DNA of 64,000 nucleotides from Neoconidiobolus thromboides FSU 785 (Eukaryota; Fungi; Entomophthoromycota). Below are positions 49,823 through 63,980 of the stretch, one piece after another. Location: the NCBI GenBank assembly GCA_025603075.1, contig MU626308.1, forward strand, positions 1 through 64,000, given 5' to 3'. The translations under genes were made by a program, and so were the position numbers. The notes under the pieces are model-generated. The model was given only the letters and a program-made list of their open reading frames with translations. It did not search any database and had not been told where the DNA came from. Numbering within the stretch: the stretch's first letter is position 1; each line of letters begins with the position of its first letter.

Positions 49823-51512
49823 TTAAAAAAATTGATTATAAATGGGTATAATAATATAATAAAATAAAACTATAATAATAACCCAAGTTAAAAAGAGCAT
49901 CGGAATTTGAAAAATTTCAAAAAAATGTCTTAAAGAAACATTAATAATTGAAGGTTGATGTTGTACATCAGCATGAAAACAACCATGTTTATAAAAATGA
50001 TCTAAATATTCATCTTTTTCTTTCCATCTAAGTCGTAGCCAGTTACCAAATTCATCTTCATCAATAGGTATTTCATTTAATTTAAATCGACGTATATGTA
50101 TATGAATTTGTTGAGGATTTAATCCAATTACATACATTAAAGCTAATGTATAAATATATTGTGGAGATTCACCTGCTTTTACTCCAGGTATACCAATAGT
50201 TATATCATAAATATATTCTACACTTTCTTTTAAAGATTCAATACATTTAAATAATCCAAGACTTCTAGGTAATAATACATGTTTATAAGTTTCCTAAATA
50301 TTAAATAATATATTAGTTAAATATAATGAAATATATAATATATAATATATAATATATAACATAATATATATAATATATAACATAATATATATAATATATA
50401 ACATAATATATATAATATATAACATAATATATATAATATATAACATAATATATATAATATAAAATATATAATATAAAATATATAATATTTAATATTTACA
50501 TAACCATTTTTTTCAGCAAATATTTTAGATTTATATCTTGTATCTCCAGTTAATGTAGTACCTTCTGGAAAGATTAATAGCCACATTGGTTTAATAGATT
50601 GATTCAATTTCTTCATATGTGCCATAAAACTAAATTCATCTTTCGTCCAATTACGTTCTAAAAATATAAAATCAAAAAACCACATACCCTATTTATAATA
50701 ATTCTTATTAATATTCTATTCTATTATTTAATTGAATTTATTATAATTTACCCTAAAATAATAATATATATTAAATATTATATTTTATTTATATTTCATT
50801 TTATTTATTCTTACCATCCAAATACTGGTATCTTGGCTAAACTTTTTTTTAATATAATTTTTAAATCCCCGTGTCTTCTAGCAAAATAAGAAAAACACCT
50901 AAATAATTTAGATTATTTTCATTTAAATCAAATATTCAATTTTATACCATATATAAATCCAATCAGAATAAAGCTAAAGAAAATTAATTAATATAATATA
51001 ATATAATATAATATAATAATTTTTAAATTTAAAATAATAATTACTTGATGGTTACAAATAAGTAATAATCTCTCTGGTAAATTTAATTTCGTTTTATAAT
51101 CTTCAGGTGAATCAATTGATGCAGGATCTAAAGGGGTTTGAGAGTATAAGGATTCCTCAATAGAACTATCTTTATATAAAATAAAACTAGTAGGTGCAAA
51201 AAGTTGATGAAAAGCAACCATGGATATACCAAATAACTGTTGAGTAAAATGAATTATATTGTCAAATTTTTTTCGATCAAATAAAGCCAATGGTAAACAT
51301 ATTATTTGTAATGAATTAATAACAATAGCTGAAAATATAAACATAATTATAACAAGTCCCGTTTTAATATAAAAATGTATATTTTTTAAAATGTCTTTTT
51401 GATCAAATAATTTGCCTTCTGTTCCTGGTATTGGTAACTCATATTGTTTAGGTGTGAACTCATGAGTTAATTCATCAATTTCTGCTACTTCTTTCCCCAT
51501 CTTGGTTTCCAT
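49823..51512 (-). CDS. Lyso-phospholipid acyltransferase (Cst26/LCLAT1-like), multi-exon with a probable 1-nt exon
   Basis: CNHQ|LYSDWIYIW, LAKIPVFGW-GMWFFDFIFLERNW, LIFPEGT, HVLLPRSLG, YDITIG motifs. Confidence 0.9.
50339..50460. repeat. 21-bp AT-rich minisatellite inside an acyltransferase intron
   Basis: CATAATATATATAATATATAA repeated about 5-6 times; produces the spurious ILCYILY run in the ORF track. Confidence 0.88.
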
Positions 51513-54073
51513 TCTGATATTTTACTTTTATTATTCTAATATTTATTAATACAAAAGGTAAATTGAAATTAGTTTTATAATTAGAGTTTTATCTTTCAAC
51601 TGTAAAAGTTATTCTAAACCCTATAATTGAAATGATGTCACCAATTGAATTAAATGGTTTAAATATCTATTGATGTCATTGTTATTGCTATTAATCTATT
51701 ATTTTTAATATATAGACTATAAAATATTATATATATCTTATTATTAGTATTCTCTTAATAATAAATATATATAATTTTACAGTTAGAAAGACGTTTTTTT
51801 AACTATTAAATACATAATTTAATTATTTCTAGATTAAACAATAAGTGACTTTTATCATATTTTATCGAATTTTAAATCGTCTATATGGAATTATTTTTTT
51901 AGATATAAAAGTTAAAAATAAACACAATCTTTATTATAACAATCAACTCCGATACTTTAATAATAATCCGTCTCCATTTATAAATAACAATTGTTGTTTA
52001 TAAATAAAACTTCATAGAAAATTATATACGAGTTTCCTTAGTATAAAGTTAATATGAATACTTGTTTTATGATTATAGTTAATAAAAGTCACTAATTTGG
52101 TATTAAATATCTTAAATTTCATAATGTTAAGCAATTGTATATTTAAAAACATTAATTACCTATTTAATAGGAAGTGACTATTTTTTTTAAATTACAAGAA
52201 AAATTGAAAAATAAAACAGTATGATAATTGATTCGTATTATATAAGCCGCCAATTCTCCGTAATTATATAATATAAACTTATGAACTAATGTAATAGTGA
52301 AGATTATAAATATCTGTTTGTTAGTTTATAAAGTAAAAGATAAAATGTTCTATAACAAAACAGTTACTATTAACTTGTTTCTTATTTTTCAAAATCAGGT
52401 CGTTATTTATTACCTTTGGGAACACTATTTATATTTCTTCTGTTGTAGATGTTTCTTTACTAACAATGCCCAATTTGACTACTATAAAATAATTGAATAT
52501 TACTATAATACTATTATTGGTTAACTCATCTTACATGTATCTCGATCTCTTATTTAAATTCTTATAACCAAGTTTAATCAAATATATATTTGATAAGTAG
52601 CATTTATCTCGAATAATATATATTTTTTATAGTCATTATTTTGATATAAAATTCAAATATAACTATAATTATTAATAATATAAAATTGACTTACCAGATT
52701 ATCAATTCTATTTTAATTTTCAAGGGTCAATCTTGGTTTTGTATTAGCATTGACAGTATCTACTTTTTTTCCTTTCTTTTCATGTTATAGTCTATAAGTT
52801 TAATAAATGAATTGATAAGCAATATGCTATAAATCAATTCTTATATATGCATTTAACTGTAATAAATATAAACATAAATATAAAAATCATTATCATTATC
52901 ACCTTATTATTTTATCAAAACACTGTAATTGATTAGATTAAACTTAGAAACAAGTGAACTATTTACTTTGAAATTTGAAATCAACTAATGAGATGGGATG
53001 ACCCATGAATATTTATTCAATTACTCTGTTAGACTCATTTATAGAGATATATCTCTATTATTGATATACACTGTGTATACTGTTAACTAATTAAACGACA
53101 TCAAAATTCTTTTCAAGCGTAAATATTTTTAGATACTCTTATAGCTTGTTATTTAATCCTTTTATATGGAGTAATTAACTTGTATTTAATAAGAGTAAAC
53201 TTTTGAATAATGAGATATAATTTAATAAAAGGAATTTAAAGAGAAATATCAATAAAAAAGGTAAACTGAAAAAAACATTTTTAAAATGAGTGAGTTGTTT
53301 ATTAATAAAAATTATCAAATGTAATCGATATGGTTTTTCCCAACTATCACATGCACATAGTACATCCGAAAGGATATAGAATATATCGATCTGTAAAAAG
53401 AATAATATTAGAATAAAAGGAATTCAGTAAGAAATCAAAATAATACCACTTTTCATTACGAATCTTCGAAAAAACTCAAGTAAATCCAAGTTAAATAAAA
53501 TCTATCTTTCAAACGAACTCAACAATTAAACCTTTAACATTGATTCAATAGAAAATAAATTTTCTAATCCTCAAAGTTAAAAATTACTCTTAATACATTG
53601 TTCCATGACATAATTATAAGGCATCACCATTAATATATCTTCAGTTTGAAACTTAATTAAAAGTAAAAACTTCTAGATTAAATGATCTTTAAAATTATGT
53701 CGATAAAAAAAAACTTTGATGAAAAACTGGAGGCTTTTATATGTTTCTGAAGAATGAAGTTTATTGAAATTGTGGGTTGAATATATTAAAAATAAGTTTT
53801 CTATAATTCTTAAATGATTGGTTTATTTAATAACATTAAAAAAATTTTACCACCAATTCTGAAAATTAAAATTTTAAATTCTTAAGATTTATTGTTTTGG
53901 GGATTTGTAGAAAAAATAAACTTAAATTTTTGTTAAATTCGATTAGATTAAAATACTCTAGTACTTTCTATAAGTTTCTATATAAGTTTGATTTAAAAAA
54001 CTAATAATAAACACTAAGTAAGCTTAATGTTAAATGTTTCTTTTTCAACTAAGTTGAGTTTTAAAGTTAATAT

Positions 54074-54170
54074 AGTGAGGTTCTTTTGATTTCATCACTT
54101 TTTCCATCTTTTAGTATTATTTAAGTGGAAAAATTGTTAGTAAAATTCTTAAACATAAAAATACATCCCC
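54074..54170 (-). mobile_element. ~98-bp MITE family copy (reverse)
   Basis: ATAT|AGTGAGG...ACATCCCC|ATAT. Confidence 0.85.
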
Positions 54171-54559
54171 ATATTTTATAAAATTCCCTTTTCATATTTT
54201 TATCTAACAAGTTTTAAAGCAAATTTTTAATTTCAGCTAATCCTCTATTATTTTTCAAAAACTTTGTCCGCTAATTTTTTTAATCTGTCAGTCATCTAAT
54301 AATTCTTTGTTAATTAAAAAATTCCATTTCCAAGTTTTCTAAATAGATTTAAATAATAACTTTGGTAATCTTGAAATATTATTGCTATATAATAATTCTG
54401 TATAAATCTTAATTAAAAGTAAAAATTCTAATAAATAAATAAATAAAATATCAAATGTATAACAATATTAAGAAATCAATTATTTATAATTGTAAAAAAT
54501 AATAAGATTTAAAAAAAACTTTGATAAATGTTAAATTTATTATAAACTCAATGAAATAT

Positions 54560-54657
54560 GAAGATCTATTTTTGTGTCAAGAATTTTGCTAACAATTTTT
54601 CCACTTAAATAGACTTAAAAGATGGAAAAAGTGATAAAACAAAATAAAAACATCTTT
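54560..54657 (+). mobile_element. ~98-bp MITE family copy with eroded termini
   Basis: ATAT|GAAGATC...CATCTTT|ATAT; core conserved. Confidence 0.8.
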
Positions 54658-54894
54658 ATATGTTCAAATAGAATATTAATAAATTAACTACTAAATTTAG
54701 TAATTTCAGTTTAGTTTTATATAATAAAAAAATAAATTAAATTAATTAATTAGTGTAAAAATTTTGAACTCTAAATTTTACTATTACTATAATTATTAAA
54801 TAGCTTTATTTTGATTTATAATAAAAAATGATTAATATAAATAACACATTTATCTCATTTACTTTGATTTTTATTTCCAAACAAATAATTAATA

Positions 54895-55755
54895 ATGCAA
54901 TTTAAGACCATTTTAACATTAATAAGCTTTACTCTGGTTAGTGAAGTAATTTCAATACCAACTAACAATAATAATTCAATTACTTCTAATTCAAGTGGAA
55001 AAAAACGTAACTTTCGAATAGTTGGTGGAGAAGAAGTTAAAGACTCTAAACAATATTCTTCCTTTTTAGTTTCTTTAACTGAAAATGGTTCTCATTCATG
55101 TGCAGGTACCTTAATTCATGGTAATATGGTATTAACAGCAGCTCATTGTGCACCTGAACAGAATCAAATAATGGAATGGAAAGCAGTATTAAATCGATAT
55201 AATCAAAAAGTCTTACCTGAAAGTGAAGGAGCTACAATTTATGATATAATGGAAGTACATGTTCATCCTAAATTTGATAGAAAGAAAGCCAAAAATGATA
55301 TATCTTTATGGAAAATTAATAGGCCATTTGAACAAAAAGTGGGTGTATTATATGATATTAAGGATGTTTTAAATAAACAAGATAATGTTCAATTAAAAGT
55401 TATAGGTTGGGGTTTAACTTCAGAAGAAGGAGAACCTGCAGATAAATTAATGCAAGTTAATTTACCTTTAGTTAATAATCAACAATGTAATGAAATATTT
55501 AATAATAATAAAATAAAGATAGATAAAAATAGTCAATTTTGTGCTGGTGATTTAAAAGGTAAAGATGCATGTGAAGGAGATTCAGGTGGTCCAATTTTAT
55601 TAGATAATTTTAATGTACCTGTTATTACGGGTATTGTTTCTTATGGTATTAAATGTGGTAGTACTATTTATCCTGGTGTTTATACTAAAGTCAATCATTT
55701 CTTGAGTTATATTGCTGAAGTTGTTAAAAAGTCCAATCCAGAATTTGTTTATTAA
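54895..55755 (+). CDS. Secreted trypsin-like serine protease (S1A), second copy
   Basis: Signal peptide, KKRNFR|IVGG, TAAHC, NDISL, KDACEGDSGGP. Confidence 0.95.
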   Translation: MQFKTILTLISFTLVSEVISIPTNNNNSITSNSSGKKRNFRIVGGEEVKDSKQYSSFLVSLTENGSHSCAGTLIHGNMVLTAAHCAPEQNQIMEWKAVLNRYNQKVLPESEGATIYDIMEVHVHPKFDRKKAKNDISLWKINRPFEQKVGVLYDIKDVLNKQDNVQLKVIGWGLTSEEGEPADKLMQVNLPLVNNQQCNEIFNNNKIKIDKNSQFCAGDLKGKDACEGDSGGPILLDNFNVPVITGIVSYGIKCGSTIYPGVYTKVNHFLSYIAEVVKKSNPEFVY

Positions 55756-55788
55756 ATATCGATATTATTAATAGAATTGAGATAATAA

Positions 55789-56486
55789 TTATATTTGATA
55801 TATTATTTTTATCTTTTTTCGATTATTAATTATTGTTTCTTGATTATTATTATCAAATAATAGTAATAAAGTTAAACTTGGAAATGAATTAATATTATTA
55901 TTTAATTTATTTAATATTATTAAATTATTATTATTTATATTATTCCATTGATTATTAACTAAATTTAAATATTTTAATTTAATAAATTTATCTGATAATA
56001 AATTAATTAAATTATTTATTAAATGAGTAGGTAAATTGTTTAATGTATTTTTAAATTCTAAATGAGTTAATTGATTATAATGTGTACCTAAATGTTGTAT
56101 TAACTTAATATCTATTTTTAAACAATAATTTAATTTAATACAATATAAATATTTCATATAGTTTGTATTATTGTTATAATTTATAATTTCATATTCTTCA
56201 TAATCTTCCCAATCCTCTAATACTTTATTAGTTTGTTGATTATTTATTTTTTTACCTAAAAATTGAATTAATGTGTCTGAATTAATATTACATAAGGTAA
56301 AATCTAATAAATAATAATTATTATGATGTAAATTTAATAACAACTTATTTGGATTATTTAATTTTGATAAAATTATTGGTAATAATTGTTGTTGTATTTT
56401 TAACGTTAATTTTTGATAATTTTTTATTATTATAATTGTATAATAAATATTATTATTTATTAAATTAATTATTTTATTATATAAAC

Positions 56487-56550
<64 letters not shown>

Positions 56551-56922
56551 GATATTAAATAGTTGATTATTAGAGATTGAATATGAATTATTTAACCATG
56601 AGTTAGGAGCTGATGGCCCAGCAATTAATGATCGATAATTTATATTACTATTATTATTATTAAAAGTATCAAAATTATTATAATAATAATAACTATCATT
56701 GATATTATTAATATTAAAATTATTATTAATAATTTCTTCCCATGAATGTATACTATTTAATTTTTTTCTACTCTTATTCCTTAATAACTGTAAACTTTCA
56801 TTAACTGTATACTCTTGTTTATCTTTATCTTGTATTTTATTATCAAATTCATATTGTTTTTGATATTGAATTTGTTTTTCATAATATTTAACTTTACTTT
56901 TCAATTGGTATTTTCTTCCCAT
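55789..56922 (-). CDS. Asn-rich protein with possible C-terminal LRR/RNI-like repeats
   Basis: 377-aa ORF; LDFTLCNI, LNYCLKI, LTHLEF, LKYLNL LRR-like spacing; poly-Asn tract. Confidence 0.55.
56487..56550. repeat. (AAT)n microsatellite encoding poly-Asn
   Basis: About 21 perfect trinucleotide units. Confidence 0.93.
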
Positions 56923-57008
56923 TGTTAATTTACATAGTAATAATTAATAAGAACAGTATTGAGTTTAATTTAATTGAATTCAAAAATTTAATAAGAAATG
57001 AAGAAAGT

Positions 57009-58647
57009 TTATTTTTTAAAAAAAGAGAGTAAAAATTCAAAACATTGATGTAAAAATCCAACACATACAAAAATTCCACCAATAATACCACTCAATCGTA
57101 TTAAAAATTTAATTATTGATTCTCTTTTTTCAGTAATTCTAACTAAAATGGGTTCAATATTATATTGAAAAAATAGTCCTAAATAATATATATTTAATTA
57201 AATAAATGATTAAATATTATAATATTATAATATTATTATATTATTATATTATTATATTATTATATTATTATATTATTATATTATTAATATTACCTTGTGT
57301 TGATGAGCTAATAGATTGGATATCAGAACGATGATCAAGTACAGCATATTGATTAGTTATTAAAGCTTGATTATAGTTATCTAAGATATAAATTAATAAT
57401 ATATACTAATGTATCTTAATATAATATAATATAATAATTAATTACCAATATAAATGGTAGGGACCTAATAAATAAAACATTGTTAATAAATTATATTAAA
57501 TATAAATTATATTGGTAAACTTACTACTGAAATGTAATATTGAAATATATCCATAGCTAAATAAAATAAAATAAAATAAAATAAAATAAAATAAAATAAA
57601 AATTAATATTACTATTTTTTGAAATTGAATAAACATTATCTAATGGGTTAACTAATAACGGATAATGTTTACCGAAGGAAAATTTGTCAATTCGATGAGT
57701 AAAATTAAATGCTAAAATAAATAATAAATAACATAATAACATAATAACATAACAATAAAATAGAATAATAATAATAATAATGATAATAATAATAATTTAC
57801 CATTATGCGGAACATGCATACCACCATGGCCATGACCTTGTGCAGTTATATGAAAGTTACCTTGAACCTATAATAATAATAACAATGATATAAATAAATG
57901 ATATTAAATGAATATAAAATAATAACAGAATTTTACCTTTTTAACTTGAAATGAACCACTAACTCTACAAGAATCAATAATTTGTGCTAAATTAAAACAA
58001 TTTAATATTAATAATTAATCAAATAAAACAAACTCTAATTTTTTACTTTCAACTCCACTTTTTTCAAATTCTTCATCTTGATGATATTGTCCTTGTTCAA
58101 CTAAATAGCCAATATGTTGCTCAAGTTGTTTATTATCTCTATTATTTGATTTAATGTTTATTATCCTATTAACATGATTTTAAATTTCTTACTGTAGCAT
58201 CTTTGCTTTTCCTAAATCAAAATGAACCTATAATAATAATTAATATTATCAAACATTTAAATAATAATAATACTGGATATGTTTGAATTTGATTTTGCAT
58301 ATGAATTGAGTTTCCTGAAGCATCATGAACATCCACATTTAAATCTATACCCCAATTTAATATTCAATAATATATACATTCTAGATGAGCTTACAATTGC
58401 ATGGCATCCCAATCGTAATATCAACATTAATTTGTAAATCGTTATGACCTAAATCTCGATCTACAATAAATTCATAACTTTGTTTCAAATGAATAAAATT
58501 ATTGATTTCAAATATAGTTAAATAAAACAATATAATAACAACAATAAAGGTAAATAAGCCACCAGTTTTAGTTTTAAATTGATATTCTTCTTTAATCTTT
58601 GGAAACGCATCAAAATACTTTAATTTCTTTTCACTATTGCTTATCAT
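57009..58647 (-). CDS. ERV41: ER-Golgi vesicle protein Erv41/ERGIC2-like, about 10 exons (one of 19 nt)
   Basis: FDAFPK...GGLFT, INVDITIGMPC, CRVSGSFQVKKVQGNFHITA, NFTHRIDKFSFG, FQYYISV|VPTIY, FLIRLSGIIGG. Confidence 0.88.
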
Positions 58648-59271
58648 TGTCTCTAAGTTAGATACTTAAGTCTAAATCAATTATTATTTAAAATTTAAAA
58701 TTTTAGTTCTACATTATAACTCCATCCAATAACGTGGCATTGACTTATGCTTTATTTTATTAGTTCAATTGCCTATTATGTAATAAGAATTTGGTATTTA
58801 AAATTTTAATAATAGAAATTTATTTTAGTGTAACAATCGACACAAAACAAAAAGTCAAATAACAATTATAAGAGGTTTAAAAAGAAATATTTATTTCAAT
58901 GATAATACTAATATTATTATTATTCTACTATTATTCCAGTATTTTTCTTTTAAACTCGAAAATTCAACATACAATAAATATACAATTATAAAACATCGGA
59001 TATAAATTATCAGTTACTAAAAAAAATTCACATAAACAGTAATTTTCTATTAATGACATTAATTGATCTAGAATCAACCAATAAAAAGTATTTGAGTTCT
59101 AACTCAGGCGTGATATGACAACATTTTAAAAAATAAGTCAAACTCAAGTCACTAAAAAGTTAAATAAACTCAAATTAAATTAAGTTCATTAATAGTTTTT
59201 TATCTCTTTGTTTTTTTATTTATTTAATTAGTTTTACAAGTTATTAGTAGAATTTAAGAAAACATTACAGT

Positions 59272-61225
59272 ATGAATACTTTTCTTGTCACCTCGTCCAA
59301 TTTTCGGTTACCTAATTTTAATACCATAATAGAAGAACAAGCGGAAGATCACAATAAAATGGAAAAAGTAAATGCAATTTAAGTTTTATTTCGAAAAAGA
59401 AAATTTCACTAATAAAATTTTAAAACAATAGGGTATAATTTTAGTGAATGAATGGAATGATAACAATAATGAAAAAAAGGATAATTTATTAATTAAACTA
59501 GATAATTTAAAAAAGGTAATTTAATTGATTTTAATTTAATTTATTATTATATGATTTATTAGATAATACCAAATAAAACAAGTAGTAATGTAAATAGTTA
59601 TAGATATATATTAAACGCTTTAAATGGTAAGTTGAACATATAAATTACAATTTAAATTATAAATATATATTATATATTTTTCAGATGAAGTACCGGATGC
59701 CATATTATCCATACAATTAGCCATTATTCAACAAAGGATATATTCTAATGTAAGAAATATAATACATGAACAAGTAAATTATTAAGTTATCATTGTTATT
59801 TATTTTATTAAAAGAGTAATAAATAATTAGGCATTAGTAATATCAAACATTAAAAAAGTGGATATGATGGCTCAAAATTATAGCAAAGTAACAAATAAAT
59901 TAAAAAAAGACGTTAATAATTATCAAACTCAATTGATATCATGTAATATTATATTGTTTAACTTTGTTCATAATAATACTAATTTTTTTATTTTTTTTAT
60001 ATCTAATAAATGTATAGCTATCTCTTTATTACATCAAGAAGTAACAAAAACAAAATTTTATTTAACTCAAGTATTTATTAGTTTACATCAAGTGAAACAA
60101 CAATTGGATGATTTGTATCTCAACAATAATAACAATCAAGATAGTAATTCAATACAATTAAATATTAATCCACATAATTATCCCAATTTATATAAATTAA
60201 CATATAAACAACGAATAATTCGACCTAATTCTTATCATTATAATTATCAACAACAACAGCACTCATTCTTATCGGAGGTAATAACTAATGATTTTAAACC
60301 CCGTTCTAGTCTGGATTTACCATTGGAAAATAATAGTTGGAATAATTTTAAAGATAACCAAAGCATAAAATCATTCAATTCAAATTCACCTTATTTATAT
60401 AATAACAATAATAATAATAATTCTTCTACTTCCCTTAATCCAGAAGAGAATTTCAATTCCATTAACAATAATTCATCTTTAATTGCAGGTGCTATATCAA
60501 AAGTACATTTTGCTACATCAAAAGCTTATCGACAACCTCCACAATCCTTATCAGAAGCAATGAGTCCAATTCATTCAGGTTCAAGTGATGGTAGTATAAT
60601 CAATATAGCCAATACAACTAATAATAATTCTATGAATTCAGAAATTACTAATAAAAAGAAAGCATTTTCATTAAGGACAACTTTATCATTAGCAAATTTA
60701 AAATCATTAAAAAAATCAAGTGAAGGAATAACAAATACTACTACTATTACCACTAGTAGAGATAAACAAAAACCATTAAATGCCAAAGATAGATTGAGTC
60801 AAATTGCATCTTCTTCACCTAAACCCTCAAATGTTATATTATCTAAATGGATCTCTAATGTATTTCGTACACATGAAAGTAGCAATAACAATAACATTAC
60901 CACAACTTCAATGAAATCCCAATTAAACCAAGAAACCTCCCAATTATCTTATTCTGAAGCACCCAAATTACCTAAACTTGAAGGTATTGATTATCGAATT
61001 AATATTTCTACTGAAATCCCAGGAATGGAAGAAATTGATAATATTTTTATGGATAAAAATTTGAATGGGGAATTTAATTATTCTTTAAATTCTTCACCAA
61101 GATCTCTAACTAGATCTTTTTCATCAGCTTCTACAATGAAAAATAATTCAAAAAGAAGACCTTCATTAAGATCTTTATTATTAGATCACCCTTCCTTTTC
61201 TTCCCCTTCTCAGTTTCCTTCTTGA
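59272..61225 (+). CDS. Hypothetical multi-exon protein with coiled coil and Asn/Ser-rich C-terminal region
   Basis: Five GT-AG introns restore one frame from ATG 59272 into the long ORF ending at 61225; no recognisable domain. Confidence 0.6.
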
Positions 61226-61498
61226 TTAACGTTAATCGTTTAAGTGTGTGTTTAAATTGTAGATATCTAATTTATTTTCTATTTTTATTTATTGTAAATA
61301 TTATTATTCTCTATGTTAATAATAATATATAATCTATATTCTTTCTTTTCCTAAAAAATACACTTTCCCCATATTATTTATTAACTAGAAAACATTTAGA
61401 AATCAAATATTAAAATTAAACTTTTTTAATATATATAATTTGTATTTTATAATTTGTATTTTATAATTTGTATTTTATATTTTATACTTTTAATATAT

Positions 61499-61596
61499 GG
61501 GGATGTATTTTTGTGTTTAAGAATTTTACTAATAATTTTTCCGCTCAAATAACGCTTAAAAGATGGAAAAAGTAATGAAATCAAAAAAACACCCCC
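61499..61596 (+). mobile_element. 98-bp MITE family copy at the start of the phosphate-transporter 3' UTR
   Basis: ATAT|GGGGATG...CACCCCC|ATAT; the TSD lies 1 nt from the stop codon at 61602-61604. Confidence 0.92.
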
Positions 61597-61601
61597 ATAT
61601 A

Positions 61602-63980
61602 TTAAAATCCTAAAGCTAATAAAATACCATAACCTAATGAGATAATAACCCCATAAAGTAAAATAGAAGATGGGATCCCAGCTTTTAAAAAATCCTTAAC
61701 ACTTAAATATCGAGTGCCTGTTTCATCTTCCATCATAATAGCATTCATATTAGGAAACCCAGAAACTGGTAAACCCATTGCTGAAGAACACATTAAAGCT
61801 GAACTCTACATAATATATATTAATTATTGAAATTCCTAAAATTAAAATAAAGTGATAATATTTTACCATAACAAGTAACCTAGGATGGGGATCTGGAAGG
61901 GTAGTACCAATTTGAGCAATAATTGGAAAGATAATAACTGCTCCTACAGTATGTGAAATAAAAGTAGTTATACAAAGTACAAAGAAGCACATAATAGCCA
62001 TAATTTGAAATAAGTTAAAATTTAATATTAATTGCTTAACATTAATTGATATAATATGTAATAACCCAGAAGATTTAACTCCTTTACCTAGAGCAATACC
62101 GCCCATAGCTAATATAATAACTGTCCATAAAAAATTATTAAAATCATCTTTCGATAAAATCCCTGTACCAAAAAACAGTACTAAAGGTATTATAGCAATT
62201 ACTCCCATATCACCGATAATAGATTCTAATTGATGAGCTAAACACCATAATATAATTGTAAATAAAGTTACAAAACAAACAAATAATTGAGTATTATTAA
62301 ACTTTTCAGGTGTATATCGAATTTGGTTTAAAGTTAAATTATGACTACTAGGCTTATAAATCAATAACAAAGCCGACCAAACTAATATATTTCCAACTAA
62401 ACAAATAGGTATAGAAATAGCAAACCATTGTAGCCAAGTAGGAGCTGGATCCATATTACTAATAGCAATTATATTTTGAGGTGATGATATAGGGGATGCC
62501 ATACCACCAATATTAGAAGCTAATGCAATTCCCATAATTAAGCTTCTAGCATAAGGGCTTTTACTTGGTAATGTTCTTAGTAATGGTTGAATTAATGAGA
62601 AGCATAGGACTGGAGCAGCTACATTAGAAATCCACATACTAGCAAAAGTAGCTACCATCATATTAGCCAATAAAACTTTAGAAGGTTCAGAACCAGCATA
62701 AGATAAAACTGCTGAGGCCATTTTTTTAGCTATATGATGTTTCGATAGTGCTGAAGCTAATGAAAAGCCACCTAATAATAACATAATCACCGGTGAAAAC
62801 ATGGAAGCAAAGATTTCATGAGTGGCTTCAGGAGCAGTAAGTCGTCGATTTCCATTATCTTCTTTTAAAATTTTCAAAACTACAATTAAAAAGGGAATTA
62901 ATAAAGCAGTAACAAATAAAGGTATAATTTCTGAAGCCCATAAAAGAGATGCAAAAATTAATAAAGCAAAACAATTAGCTGGTTCACGTTCTGAAAATGG
63001 AGAGTAATTGATTAAAATTATAAAAAATACAGAAAATGTTAAAAACAATAATGAATTTTGCATGCCATCAGTGAAAGTGAAGCTAAATAAACTACTTGCT
63101 TTGATTTGAGTGGAAGTAGTTTGTGGTGTTGATTTTGGAAAAGATAATTGTTTTAAACCAACGGAATGTGCTTTACGTTCTAAAGATACCATATCTCTCC
63201 AAACGGTATTACGTTCCCAAACCAGATGTTCACGTAAATGAGATTTTAATTCTTCAAAAGCATGTTGTTGATCAATATTACGTAAGGTAGCATAGATTGT
63301 CTGTATACGAATAATTTGATCATCCAGTTTATTTTTAGTTGATTCTAAATAAGGATAAGAAGCTAACACAGTTTCATTCAAATAACGTTTGGTAATTGAT
63401 ACTCCAGTTACCTTATCATATTTTTTTAATATTTTACTAAATCCTGTATAATTTAATACCACATAATTTTTAAGTTCTGTTAATAATACAAAATGTTCGA
63501 TTACTTTTTTAGTTAATACAATGGCTTCTTCTTCAAATGAAATATCCATATTCATTTTATCATTACCTCCAGTTGATAATCTTCTTTCTATTGAATTAAG
63601 GATATTGGTATCTTTCTTTGGTGTTTCATAGAACGAAATCGAACGATGTTTAAGATTCTTATTATTACTTCGATTTAATGGACTTGGTTTTAAATCCGAG
63701 TTACTAGGCGAACCAGTTAATACACTCGATTGTAAAATAGCGCCTTCTGATTCAATATCAATTAAATCAGGAGAATTACTTTGCTGAGTACCTATACCTT
63801 CTTCAATAAGATGAGAAGAATCAATATCGTTACATCGACTTTCTAATATAAAAGCTTTATGACATAATTTTTCAACACTGGTATAAAGATCTGTTTCTTT
63901 TTTTGTATAAAAATTAATGATCTTTTTTAACTCTTCATCTAAAGCAGGCATAAAACTTTTATTTGCTATGGTATTCGCTC
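61602..63980 (-). CDS. SPX-domain low-affinity phosphate transporter (Pho87/Pho90/Pho91 family), 5'-partial
   Basis: ELKNYVVLNYTGFSKILKKYDK (SPX), VWERNTVWRDMV, LGGFSLASALSK, SNIGGMASPISSPQN, GLPVSGFPNMNA. A splice acceptor near 63981 implies upstream exon(s) outside the window. Confidence 0.93.

Noticed and set aside
50317-50500. ILCYILY-repeat C-terminus in the ORF track
   Set aside because: Read-through into a minisatellite-containing intron; the real exon ends at ...EKNGY.
52280-53700. Scattered splice-like signals and short frames (e.g. MPYNY, and ATATCCTTT at ~53370 on the minus strand)
   Set aside because: No consistent exon chain could be built, and the ATATCCTTT lacks a matching branch point and AC end. 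Possibly a decayed gene, but unsupported.
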